Positions 28,142 through 37,461 of a stretch of 64,000 nt of DNA are shown here, piece by piece (positions within the stretch are counted from its first letter, which is position 1; every line of letters begins with the position of its first letter). The DNA is from Syntrophaceae bacterium UBA6252. Lineage in GTDB: Bacteria > Desulfobacterota > Syntrophia > Syntrophales > UBA6807. Location: NCBI GenBank assembly GCA_002441265.1, contig DJVQ01000036.1, positions 37,057 through 101,056 on the forward strand. The letters are read 5' to 3'. The position numbers and the translations under genes are program-made. The notes under the pieces were generated by a model. The model did not search any database. It was not told where the DNA came from and was given only the letters and a program-made list of their open reading frames with translations.

Positions 28142-30250
28142 GTGAAGAAGTTTTTCTGTCCCGAATCCGTCGTAATCATCGGCGCCCCGGGGAAAACCGG
28201 CGTCGGTTCGTTCAACAACGTGGAAATGATGATCCGCTATGGTTACGGTGGACGGATCTATCCCGTCAACCCGAAGGTCCGTGAGATCTGCGGCCTGAAA
28301 TGCTATCCGTCTGTTCTGGAGGTGCCGGAGGCGGCCGACGTCGCCGTCATCTCCGTCGGCCGGGACCGGGTGATCCCCCTGTTCCTGGAGTGCGCCCAGG
28401 CGGGGATCCGGCGGGTGGTGGTCGTCACCCAGGGATTCGGCGACGCCGACGAACGGGGGAGAACGCTTCAGCAGGAACTCGTTTCCCTGGCCCGGCGGCA
28501 CCAAGTCCGGATCGTCGGACCGAACACCATGGGGATTGTCAACAACTACAACCGGTTTACGACCAGTTTCGTCGATCTTCCTTACCACGAGGATTTTTCC
28601 CCCGTTTCGCTCATCGCCCAGACCGGTTTCATCCAGGTCGCGTCGAAGGATTACGCATACCGTTGGTGGGGGAAGGCCCTGGACATCGGGAACGCGGCGG
28701 ACGTCCATTTCGCCGACGGGCTCCGTTACTTCGGGGACGACCCGGAGACGGAAGTGATCGCCCTCCACATGGAAGGGATCGAGCGGGGAAGGGAATTTCT
28801 CGATCTGGCGTCGGAAATAACGAGAAAGAAACCCATCGTCGTTCTCAAGACGGGAAGAAGCCGGGCGGGGGCGAAGGCGGCCCTTTCCCATACAGGCTCC
28901 CTCACCGGAGAGGACGCCGTGTTCGAAGCCGCCTTCGACCGGGCCGGGATCCTCCGCGTCCGGGACACGGCGGAACTGAGGGACACCCTCCGGGCGCTCG
29001 TGTGCATGCGGGAAATGAAAGGGCCTGGCATCGGCGTCATCACCGTCACGGGCGCCGGCGGCATCATGGCCATCGATGCCTGCGAGGAAAGGGGAATCGG
29101 GATGGCGCCCCTGCCGGAGGGCCTGTCGGATCGGCTCAGGGCCGGGATGCCCGAATGGCTGCACGTCGGAAATCCCATCGATATCTGGCCGATCAGCATG
29201 ATCGGGGGGAATTATTCCGGACCCGTCCGGACCGCCCTGGACGGCATGCTCGCTTCTCCCGACATTCACGGGGTCCTTCTCATCACCCCGGCGCTGAGGT
29301 CGTCCCTCCATTCCGACATGTCCGATCTCACCGGGCTTGTGGCGGAAGCGCGGAAGAAGGCGGGAAACGACAAGCCGATCGCGGTCTTTCCTTACGCCGA
29401 CGAGAGCGGCCGGGCCCCGGGCGACTACGAGCGCATTCGGGGCGTCGCCGCCTTCCCCTCGGCGGAGGAGTGCGTGAGGGGCCTTGCCGCGTGCTTCCGG
29501 TACCACGGGATCCGGAATCGCCGGATTCCCTCCGTGGAGCGGCTCGAAGCGGACGCCGGCCGGGCGGAACCCCTCGTCGCGAAGGGGCGAAGGGAGGGGC
29601 TTCTCCTGGGGGAGGACGCACTGGCGCTTCTCGCCGCGTTCGGGATTCCCGTGGCGCGGGGAGGAATTCTGGGGACTTCCGGGGAATGGGAGGCCCTGTC
29701 CGGGGGCATCCCCTATCCGGTCGTGCTGAAGGTCCATGGCCGGCATTTCCTTCACAAGAGCGAATGGGGAGGCGTGCTCACGGGGATCGCCGACGGAGAC
29801 TCCTTTTCCCGGGCATGGGCGACGCTGGAGGCGCGAGTCCGGGAGAAGGCGCCCGGCGTTCCCTTTGAGGGGTTTCAGGTCCAGGAGGCGATCGCCGGCA
29901 CGGAGATTCTTTTCGGGATCCGGCGGGATCCCCAGTTCGGGCCGGTCGTCGCCTGCGGTTTCGGCGGGATTTACACGGAGGTTTTCAGGGATGTGGCCCG
30001 GCGGATCGCGCCGATCGACAGGGAGGAGGCCCGGGAGATGCTCCGCTCCCTGAGGATGTACCCCATTCTCCAGGGGATTCGGGGACGGAAGGGTGCGGAC
30101 CTGGAACAACTCGCGGACGTTCTTCTCCGGATCTCCCGTCTCGCCCTGGAAATCCCCGATCTCGTCGAGATGGACGTCAATCCCTTCATCTGCGGGGAAA
30201 CGGTTTCCGCGGCCGTGGACGCCCGAATGCTCTGGAAGGAGGGTTCCTGA
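28142..30250 (+). CDS. ADP-forming acyl-CoA synthetase (fused alpha-beta; CoA-binding + ligase-CoA + ATP-grasp)
   Basis: The GTG lies 4 nt after the cyclase stop, with GAGGAGGA upstream. SVVIIGAPGKTGVGS (CoA-binding), the phosphohistidine loop ALSHTGSLTG, and a C-terminal ATP-grasp (YPVVLKV...HKSEWGGV). Confidence 0.88.
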   Translation: MKKFFCPESVVIIGAPGKTGVGSFNNVEMMIRYGYGGRIYPVNPKVREICGLKCYPSVLEVPEAADVAVISVGRDRVIPLFLECAQAGIRRVVVVTQGFGDADERGRTLQQELVSLARRHQVRIVGPNTMGIVNNYNRFTTSFVDLPYHEDFSPVSLIAQTGFIQVASKDYAYRWWGKALDIGNAADVHFADGLRYFGDDPETEVIALHMEGIERGREFLDLASEITRKKPIVVLKTGRSRAGAKAALSHTGSLTGEDAVFEAAFDRAGILRVRDTAELRDTLRALVCMREMKGPGIGVITVTGAGGIMAIDACEERGIGMAPLPEGLSDRLRAGMPEWLHVGNPIDIWPISMIGGNYSGPVRTALDGMLASPDIHGVLLITPALRSSLHSDMSDLTGLVAEARKKAGNDKPIAVFPYADESGRAPGDYERIRGVAAFPSAEECVRGLAACFRYHGIRNRRIPSVERLEADAGRAEPLVAKGRREGLLLGEDALALLAAFGIPVARGGILGTSGEWEALSGGIPYPVVLKVHGRHFLHKSEWGGVLTGIADGDSFSRAWATLEARVREKAPGVPFEGFQVQEAIAGTEILFGIRRDPQFGPVVACGFGGIYTEVFRDVARRIAPIDREEAREMLRSLRMYPILQGIRGRKGADLEQLADVLLRISRLALEIPDLVEMDVNPFICGETVSAAVDARMLWKEGS

Positions 30251-30658
30251 ACGGACAATGCAATTGACAGATTTCACATTTCTTTATATCGTAAGCTGAA
30301 ATCCTGCCGGGGGGCACCGTACGACATGACAGGAAAGAATCCGGCGGAGGATGCTTTTCGGATCCGTGTCGCTGCAGGAAACAATACAACTTCGGAATAA
30401 AGGGGTTCCGCCGGGTCGTCGCGCGCTTTCGGAGCAGGAGAAGTCATCGTCGGCTTGAGGCGGAGGTTTCCGTCCTCCGGGGACGGCTGGAGAACAGGCA
30501 TGCACCGGTTCCGGCCCGATGGACCGGGCGGGCGTTCTTCATGAACCGCCGCGGAGGAAGAATTCACTGGGAAGGGGGTGATGCATCGATTTCAGGAACA
30601 TTCGGGATTTCCTCCGTGGATGGATCCTTCAACAGGTGAATGCAAAAGGAGGTAGGCC

Positions 30659-32008
30659 ATGATCAGAGCAATGGGGCGCGTCTTTGACAAATGGGCGCGG
30701 AAATGGATGCCGGATCCGATGTTGTTCGCGATCCTTCTTACCTTCATTACGTACCTCTTGGGGCTCATCCTGACGGACAGCGGCCCCTTCCAGATGATCC
30801 AGCACTGGTACAAGGGTTTCTGGGAACTCCTTTCCTTCGCAATGCAGATGTGCCTGATTCTCGTCACCGGGCACGCCCTGGCGACGTCTCCCCTTGTACG
30901 AAGGTGGATCGAGCATCTGGCGGAGATTCCCAAGCACCAGGCCGGGGCGATCTTTCTCGTCGGCTTTACCGCGGCGATCGCGTCGTGGATCAACTGGGGC
31001 CTCGGGATCATCGTGGGAGCCCTCATGGCCCGCGAGGTCGGCAGGAGCGGCCAGCTCCGTGGGATTCCCATGCACTATCCCCTTCTCGGCGCGGCCGGCT
31101 ATGCCGGGTTCCTCACCTGGCACGGCGGTCTTTCCGCTTCGGCTCCTCTCCTGGTGGCCACGGATAAGCACTTCCTGGTGAACGAGATCGGAGTCATCCC
31201 GTCCCGCCTGACCCTTTTCAGCACCATGAACATCGTCATTTCCATCGTACTCATCCTGCTCATTCCCCTGGTGTGCATGCTCATGGCCCCGAAGAACAAG
31301 GAGGAGATGGAGACCATCGTCGATGTGGACCCGGACCTGGTGAAAAAAGAGGAGGTCAAGGTCATTCCCCGGGAAAAGATGGTTGTGGCGGACAAGATCG
31401 AAAACAGCGTCGTCATCTCCGGGATCATCGGCATCGCCGGCATGATTTATGTCGTCTGGTTCTTCTACACCAAGGGATTCGCCCTTGACCTGAACATCGT
31501 GAACTTCACGTTCCTGTTCCTGGGCATCCTCTTCCAGCGAACCCCGATCAACTACATCCGGGCCGTCAGCGAAGGCGCCAAGGCCTGCGCCGGGATCATC
31601 GTCCAGTTCCCCTTCTACGCGGGAATCATGGGGATGATGAAGTACTCCGGCCTCGTGGCCATCATCGCCAACTGGTTCGTCGTCATCTCCACGGCGACAA
31701 CCTATCCCGTCTTCACGTTCCTCAGCGCCGGCCTGGTGAACCTCTTCGTTCCCTCCGGCGGCGGCCAGTGGGCGGTTCAGGGGCCCATCATGGTGAAGGC
31801 GGCCCAGGCCATGAACTTCGACATGAACAAGACGATCATGGCGGTGGCCTACGGCGATGAATGGACGAACATGCTCCAGCCCTTCTGGGCGCTGGCCCTC
31901 CTGGGGATCACCAGGCTGAAGGCCCGTGAAATCGTCGGGTACACCATGGTGGTTCTCGTGGTGAGTGCCATCGTGTTTATCCTCGGACTTCTGTATCTCC
32001 CCGTGTGA
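30659..32008 (+). CDS. atoE: Short-chain fatty acid transporter AtoE family (second paralogue)
   Basis: 449 aa with RBS AAAGGAGG. KWMPDPMLFAILLT, QFPFYAGIMGMM, PSGGGQWAVQGP and AVAYGDEWTNMLQPFWALA blocks. Confidence 0.92.
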   Translation: MIRAMGRVFDKWARKWMPDPMLFAILLTFITYLLGLILTDSGPFQMIQHWYKGFWELLSFAMQMCLILVTGHALATSPLVRRWIEHLAEIPKHQAGAIFLVGFTAAIASWINWGLGIIVGALMAREVGRSGQLRGIPMHYPLLGAAGYAGFLTWHGGLSASAPLLVATDKHFLVNEIGVIPSRLTLFSTMNIVISIVLILLIPLVCMLMAPKNKEEMETIVDVDPDLVKKEEVKVIPREKMVVADKIENSVVISGIIGIAGMIYVVWFFYTKGFALDLNIVNFTFLFLGILFQRTPINYIRAVSEGAKACAGIIVQFPFYAGIMGMMKYSGLVAIIANWFVVISTATTYPVFTFLSAGLVNLFVPSGGGQWAVQGPIMVKAAQAMNFDMNKTIMAVAYGDEWTNMLQPFWALALLGITRLKAREIVGYTMVVLVVSAIVFILGLLYLPV

Positions 32009-32037
32009 GAACGGCACGGGGAAATTAACGGCCGTAT

Positions 32038-32070
32038 GGGGGCGCCCGTTCCGAGACGGAGGGCGCCCCC
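32038..32070 (+). terminator. GC hairpin after atoE-2
   Basis: GGGGGCGCCC-N13-GGGCGCCCCC followed by a weak T-tract. Confidence 0.4.
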
Positions 32071-32224
32071 TGATCTTGCCGGAAACCCGCATCCCGGCGG
32101 GAAGGGAATTTTCACCTTGACCCGCGGCACCCCCCGAGGCTATAGTTTCCTCGGGGCAGATGATGGGGACGAGGGCCGGTGCGGAATGCGGGATGAGGGG
32201 ATTCCACCCGGAAAGGAAGCGTTC

Positions 32225-34168
32225 ATGGAAGAGAAACCTTCCCGTCCCGGGGAGGAGAGGTATTGGCACAGCCTTCAGCGTGAGATCAACCAACGGAAGA
32301 TCGAGGAACTGAAGGCCCTTTACCCTGAAAAATTCGTCCCCGAGAACACGTTCTTCCAGAACATCCACCGGGGAGACCGCATTTTCATCAGCACGGGCTG
32401 CGGCGAGCCCCGGTCCCTGGTGGATGCGCTCATCCGCTATGTCGACGGGCACCCCAAGTCGTTTTTCGACGCCGAGGTGCTTCATGTCTGGACGCTCGGC
32501 GTCGCCCCCTACACGGACCAGAGATTCAAGTCCAATTTCCGGCACAACTCCTTCTTCGTCGGCGACAACACCCGCGATACGGTGAACCGGGGAATGGCCG
32601 ATTACACCCCCATCTTCCTGTCCGAGGTCCCCAGCCTCCTGTACCGCCGCATCGTTCCCATCGACGTGGCTCTCGTCCAGACCTCGTTTCCGGACAAGCA
32701 CGGGTACATGAGCCTCGGCGTCAGCGTGGACATCGACAAGGCGGCGGTGGAATGCGCCCGGATCGTCATCGCCCAGGTGAATTCCTGCATGCCCCGGGTG
32801 CACGGGGACGGGTTCATCCACATCCGGGACGTGAACTTTGTCTATCCCTTCGAGGAACCGCTTCTGGAATACCACACCGGCACCGATTCCGAAGAGATCC
32901 AGAAGATCGGCCGCTACGTGGCGCGGCTCGTTCAGAACGGGGACACCATCCAGGTGGGGTACGGGAGCATCCCCAACGCCATTCTGAAAAGCCTGAAGGA
33001 GAAGAAGGATCTCGGGGTCCACACGGAGCTCATCGGCGACGGCATCGTGGAACTCATGAAGGATGGGGTCGTCACCAACAGCCGCAAATCGCTGAACCGG
33101 GGAAAAACCATCGCCGCCTTCTGCATGGGGGCGCCGGAAACTTACGAATATCTTCACGACAACCCCATGATCGAACTGCGGACCATCGACTACACGAACG
33201 ATCCCCTCGTCATCGCCCAGCACGAAAACATGACGGCCATCAATTCGGCCCTGGAAATCGATCTGACGGGACAGGCAAGCGCCGAATCGATCGGCAAGGT
33301 GTTCTACAGCGGCATCGGAGGGCAGGCGGATTTCATGCGCGGGGCCGTCCTCGCGAAAAACGGGAAAACGATCCTGGCCATGCTTTCCACGGCGTCCGGG
33401 GGGGAGATCTCCCGGATCGTCCCATTCCTGAAGGAGGGCGCCGGGGCCACCCTGAACCGCGGCGACATCCATTACGTGGTCACCGAGTACGGGATCGTGT
33501 ACCTCCACGGCAGAAACATCCGGGAGCGGGCCATGGAACTCATATCCATCGCTCATCCCCGGTTCCGGCCCTGGCTCATCGAGGAGGCGAAGAAAGCGGG
33601 TCTCATCTACCGCGACCAGAGCTACATTCCGGGAAAGAAAGGGGAGTACCCTGAAAGTCTCGAGGGCTACCGGACGACGAAAACGGGCATGAACATCTAT
33701 CTCCGGCCCGTCCGGATCAGCGACGAGCCGCTCCTCAAGGATTTTTTCTATTCCCTTTCCGACAGCAGCCTGTACCGGAGGTTCATCTCCGCCCGGAAGG
33801 ACATCCCCCACGAGCGCCTGCAGGACTTCACCGTCATCGACTATTCGAAGGAGATGGCGATCGTGGCGGTGGTGGACAGGAAGATCCGGGAAACCATCGT
33901 CGGCATGGGACAGTACGGCATCGACGAGCGGACGCACACGGCGGAGGTGGCCTTCGCCGTCCGCGACGACGAGCAGGGCCGCGGCATCGCCACGGAAATC
34001 CTTTCCTATCTCACATACCTGGCAAAGAAGCAGGGCCTCCTCGGTTTCACCGCGGAGGTGCTCGTGGAAAACAAACCCATGCTTCATGTCTTCGAGAAGA
34101 TGGGCTTCGATATGGAGAGGCGGGTGGCCGAAGGGGTCTATGAACTCCGCATGTCCTTCCGTTCCTGA
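32225..34168 (+). CDS. Acetyl-CoA hydrolase/transferase domain fused to a C-terminal Pat-type GNAT acetyltransferase domain
   Basis: 647 aa from the ATG after GGAAAGGAAG. The N-terminal ~480 aa have FISTGCGEP and GIGGQADF blocks of the Ach1/Cat1 CoA-transferase family. The C-terminal ~160 aa (33686-34165) carry the GNAT motif A QGRGIA. Confidence 0.85.
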   Translation: MEEKPSRPGEERYWHSLQREINQRKIEELKALYPEKFVPENTFFQNIHRGDRIFISTGCGEPRSLVDALIRYVDGHPKSFFDAEVLHVWTLGVAPYTDQRFKSNFRHNSFFVGDNTRDTVNRGMADYTPIFLSEVPSLLYRRIVPIDVALVQTSFPDKHGYMSLGVSVDIDKAAVECARIVIAQVNSCMPRVHGDGFIHIRDVNFVYPFEEPLLEYHTGTDSEEIQKIGRYVARLVQNGDTIQVGYGSIPNAILKSLKEKKDLGVHTELIGDGIVELMKDGVVTNSRKSLNRGKTIAAFCMGAPETYEYLHDNPMIELRTIDYTNDPLVIAQHENMTAINSALEIDLTGQASAESIGKVFYSGIGGQADFMRGAVLAKNGKTILAMLSTASGGEISRIVPFLKEGAGATLNRGDIHYVVTEYGIVYLHGRNIRERAMELISIAHPRFRPWLIEEAKKAGLIYRDQSYIPGKKGEYPESLEGYRTTKTGMNIYLRPVRISDEPLLKDFFYSLSDSSLYRRFISARKDIPHERLQDFTVIDYSKEMAIVAVVDRKIRETIVGMGQYGIDERTHTAEVAFAVRDDEQGRGIATEILSYLTYLAKKQGLLGFTAEVLVENKPMLHVFEKMGFDMERRVAEGVYELRMSFRS

Positions 34169-34281
34169 CGAAGGCTCCCGCCGAGGAAAAAGACGGCTCC
34201 GGAACCTCTCCGGGGTGCCGGATGTCTTTCCGGTAAAAGGGATTCTCCGGAATCCTTCGACGTTATGAAGAGGTCTGTTTC

Positions 34282-36411
34282 ATGAATCGCAAAGATGAAG
34301 ACGGAAACATCCGCCGTCTTTTCGAACCCCGTTCCATCGCGGTCGTCGGGGCATCGGCCGACCCGGGGAAGATCGGGTACAAGATCCTGGAGAACATCCA
34401 CTCCGGCGGTTACGCGGGGAGGATCGCCCCCGTGAATCCCCGGGGCGGCGAAATCCTGGGGCTTCCCGTTCATGAGAACGTGGAGGCCGTTCCGGGCGAG
34501 GTCGATGTCGCGGTCATCACCGTGCCGGCGAAATTCGTCCGCGCGGCGGTGGAGGATTGCGGGCGGAAGGGGGTGAAGTACCTCCTCGTCATCACCTCCG
34601 GATTTTCCGAAGTGGGAAATCTCCGCGGGGAACGGGAAGTGGTCTCCCTGGCCCGGGAAGCGGGCATGCGGATCGTCGGCCCGAACATGTTCGGAATCTA
34701 TTCCGCCGCCGCGTCCCTGAACGCGACCTTCGGCCCTTCGACGATCCGGCCCGGGGGCGTGGCCATCATCAGCCAGAGCGGGGCGCTCGGTCTGGCCATG
34801 ATCGGAAAGACGTACACGGAGAACATCGGTCTTTCCGCCATCTGTTCCGTGGGGAACAAGGCGGACGTGGACGAGGCCGACCTCCTCGAATACCTCGTCC
34901 CCCAGGAGGAGACGAAGGTCATCCTCATGTACATCGAGGGCGTCCGGGAGGGCGAACGGTTCATCAAGGCCCTGAGGGAGGCGACGGCGGTGAAACCGGT
35001 GATCGTCGTCAAGTCGGGGCGCTCCGCCCGGGGGGCGGCCGCCGCGGCGTCCCACACGGGATCCCTGGCGGGATCGGACCGGGTCTTCGACGCCGTGGCC
35101 AGGCAGTGCGGCGCGCTTCGGGCGGAGACCGTCAAGGACGCCTTCGACTGGTGCCGCTACGTTTCCGTGAATCCCCTTCCCCGGGGGGAGGAAACGGTGA
35201 TCATCACGAACGGAGGGGGAATGGGCGTCCTTGCCACCGACGCCTGTGAGAAATTCGGCATCCACCTCTACGACGACCTGGAGGTCCTGAAGAACATCTT
35301 TTCCCCGGTGACCCCCGAATTCGGGTCCACGAGAAATCCCGTGGACCTGACGGGAGGGGCGGAGGCGGGGGACTACGACCGGGCTCTCGAAGCCGCCCTG
35401 GAACGGGACGACGTTCACTCCGTCATCGCCCTGTACTGCGAGACCGCCGTGTTCGACGCCGGGAAGCTTCCCGGCATGGTCCATGAAAATTACCGGAAAT
35501 ACCGGGAGAGGGAAAAACCGGTCACGTTTTCGCTGTTCGGCGGCGAGTCCACGGAGGCGACGGTTTCCCGCCTTTCCAGGGAACAGGTTCCCGTGTTCAG
35601 CGACGTGTACGAGGCGATTTCCCCGCTGGGAGCGGCCTATGCCTGCCGCCGCTACCGGGAAAGCCGGAAGGAGGCTTTCGACGTTCCCGCCGTCGACCGG
35701 GAGGCCCTGCGGGGCATCATCGGGCCCATCCAGGCGGAGGGCCGTCATTTTCTTCTGGCCGGGGAGGCCCAGAAACTGATGGGAATCAGCGGCGTCCCCG
35801 TCCCCCGGACGCGGCTGGCGTCCACCCTCGGGGAGGCCGTGGAGGCTTCCAGGGACATCGGGTATCCCGTGGTCATGAAGGTCGTTTCCCGGGACATCGT
35901 TCACAAGAGCGACGCCGGCGGAGTGGCCCTCGATCTGGACAATGAAAAGGAGGTCATGGACGCCTACGAGGCGATCCTGCAGAACTGCAGGACCCGGGTC
36001 CCCGGCGCCAGGATCCAGGGCGTCGAGGTCGCCGAAATGGTCAAAGGGGGGACGGAAATGATCGCGGGGGCGAAGATCGATCCGTCCTTCGGCCCCATCG
36101 TCATGGTCGGCCTGGGAGGGATTTACGTGGAGGTGATGAAGGATGTCGCCTTCCGGTCCTATCCCCTGGACCGGGGGGAAGTGCTTTCCATGATCCGGGA
36201 GATCCGGTCCTATCCGCTTCTTCTCGGCGTCCGGGGCGAAAGCCCGAAGGACATCCGCACCCTGGTCGATACGATCCTCCTTCTGGGGGAAATGGTGTTC
36301 CAGTGCCGGGAAGTGAGCGATATTGAAATCAATCCCCTGGTCGTCTACGACGAGGGCCGGGGAGCCAGGGCCGTGGACGTACGGGTCCTGCTCGCGAAAG
36401 AAGAGAGGTGA
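34282..36411 (+). CDS. ADP-forming acetyl/acyl-CoA synthetase (fused alpha-beta)
   Basis: 709 aa. SIAVVGASADPGKIGYKI, the phosphohistidine loop AASHTGSLAG, and an ATP-grasp (GYPVVMKVVSRDIVHKSDAGGV). Confidence 0.9.
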   Translation: MNRKDEDGNIRRLFEPRSIAVVGASADPGKIGYKILENIHSGGYAGRIAPVNPRGGEILGLPVHENVEAVPGEVDVAVITVPAKFVRAAVEDCGRKGVKYLLVITSGFSEVGNLRGEREVVSLAREAGMRIVGPNMFGIYSAAASLNATFGPSTIRPGGVAIISQSGALGLAMIGKTYTENIGLSAICSVGNKADVDEADLLEYLVPQEETKVILMYIEGVREGERFIKALREATAVKPVIVVKSGRSARGAAAAASHTGSLAGSDRVFDAVARQCGALRAETVKDAFDWCRYVSVNPLPRGEETVIITNGGGMGVLATDACEKFGIHLYDDLEVLKNIFSPVTPEFGSTRNPVDLTGGAEAGDYDRALEAALERDDVHSVIALYCETAVFDAGKLPGMVHENYRKYREREKPVTFSLFGGESTEATVSRLSREQVPVFSDVYEAISPLGAAYACRRYRESRKEAFDVPAVDREALRGIIGPIQAEGRHFLLAGEAQKLMGISGVPVPRTRLASTLGEAVEASRDIGYPVVMKVVSRDIVHKSDAGGVALDLDNEKEVMDAYEAILQNCRTRVPGARIQGVEVAEMVKGGTEMIAGAKIDPSFGPIVMVGLGGIYVEVMKDVAFRSYPLDRGEVLSMIREIRSYPLLLGVRGESPKDIRTLVDTILLLGEMVFQCREVSDIEINPLVVYDEGRGARAVDVRVLLAKEER

Positions 36412-36416
36412 GTTTC

Positions 36417-37439
36417 ATGGAACGGGTTATCGTGGCCTCGACGAGGAAAAGCGCCGGAAAGACCAGCCTGATCGTGGGAATGGCGAAGGTCCTGGGAGCG
36501 CCTTTTTCCTATATCAAGCCTTTCGGGGACCGGTTGTTCTACCGGAAGAAAAGGCTCTGGGATTACGACTCCGCCGTTGTGACGCAGGTCTTCGGCCTTT
36601 CCACGGACCCGGAGGAGATGAGCATCGGGTTCGAGCATGCCAAAGTCCGATACATGTACGACGAGAACTCCATCAAGGAGAAACTCCTCGACATGACCGG
36701 ACGGGGGGAGGGGCGGGCTTTCATCGAGGCGGGGGGCGATCTCTGCTCCGGCGCCTCGGTCCACCTGGACGCCCTCTCCCTGGCGAGACTGGGAGCGGGC
36801 AAGCTGATCCTGGTCCTGAGCGGCGGGGAGGGCCCCGTCATGGACGATCTCACCTTCCTGAAACGTTCCGTGGAGCTGGGTGCCGTATCCGTGGCAGGCG
36901 TCATCGTCAACAAGGCGGAGGACCGGGACGATTTCGAAAGGGTCTTCAGCAAGGAGATCGAGGCCATGGGGTTCCCCCTTCTCGGGATCGTTCCCTTTAT
37001 CCGGGAACTGACCTATGTACGGGCGGCGATCCTGGCGGAGCGGCTTTTCGTCAAGGTGATCGCCGGCGGGGAGGGACTGGGAAACGTCATCCGGAACGTC
37101 TTCATCGGCGCCATGAACGCCCACGCCGCCCAGCGGGACCCCCTTTTCAGGCGGGAAGGGAAGCTGCTCATCACGAGCGGGGACCAGAGCGACATGATCG
37201 TGGCCGGCCTGGAGAGCGACACCGCCTGCATTCTCATCACGAACAACATCGTTCCACCCCCGACGATCCTGGCCCTCTCGGCGGAGCGGAACATCCCCCT
37301 CCTCCTGGCGTCCGGCGACACCTACCAGGTGGCCAGGGAAGTGGACTGCTTCGAACCCATTCTGGCCCGGGGAGACGAGGATAAAGTCGCGTTGATGGAA
37401 GATACCGTGAAAAAATATGTCCGAATGGACATCTTCTGA
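36417..37439 (+). CDS. Phosphotransacetylase N-terminal-like protein (BioD-like P-loop + DRTGG domain) lacking the PTA catalytic domain
   Basis: The ATG lies 5 nt after the ACD stop. [21 protein letters not shown]-loop-like N-terminus. C-terminal [28 protein letters not shown] resembles a DRTGG domain. Confidence 0.72.
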   Translation: MERVIVASTRKSAGKTSLIVGMAKVLGAPFSYIKPFGDRLFYRKKRLWDYDSAVVTQVFGLSTDPEEMSIGFEHAKVRYMYDENSIKEKLLDMTGRGEGRAFIEAGGDLCSGASVHLDALSLARLGAGKLILVLSGGEGPVMDDLTFLKRSVELGAVSVAGVIVNKAEDRDDFERVFSKEIEAMGFPLLGIVPFIRELTYVRAAILAERLFVKVIAGGEGLGNVIRNVFIGAMNAHAAQRDPLFRREGKLLITSGDQSDMIVAGLESDTACILITNNIVPPPTILALSAERNIPLLLASGDTYQVAREVDCFEPILARGDEDKVALMEDTVKKYVRMDIF

Positions 37440-37461
37440 CAGGGAAAGGAGAAAGAATCCC

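Noticed and set aside
30629-34087. 1152-aa minus-strand ORF spanning atoE-2 and the CoA-transferase::GNAT gene
   Set aside because: It is antisense to two confidently assigned plus-strand genes. It has no recognisable motifs, and its biased composition is a GC-driven stop-codon-poor artefact.
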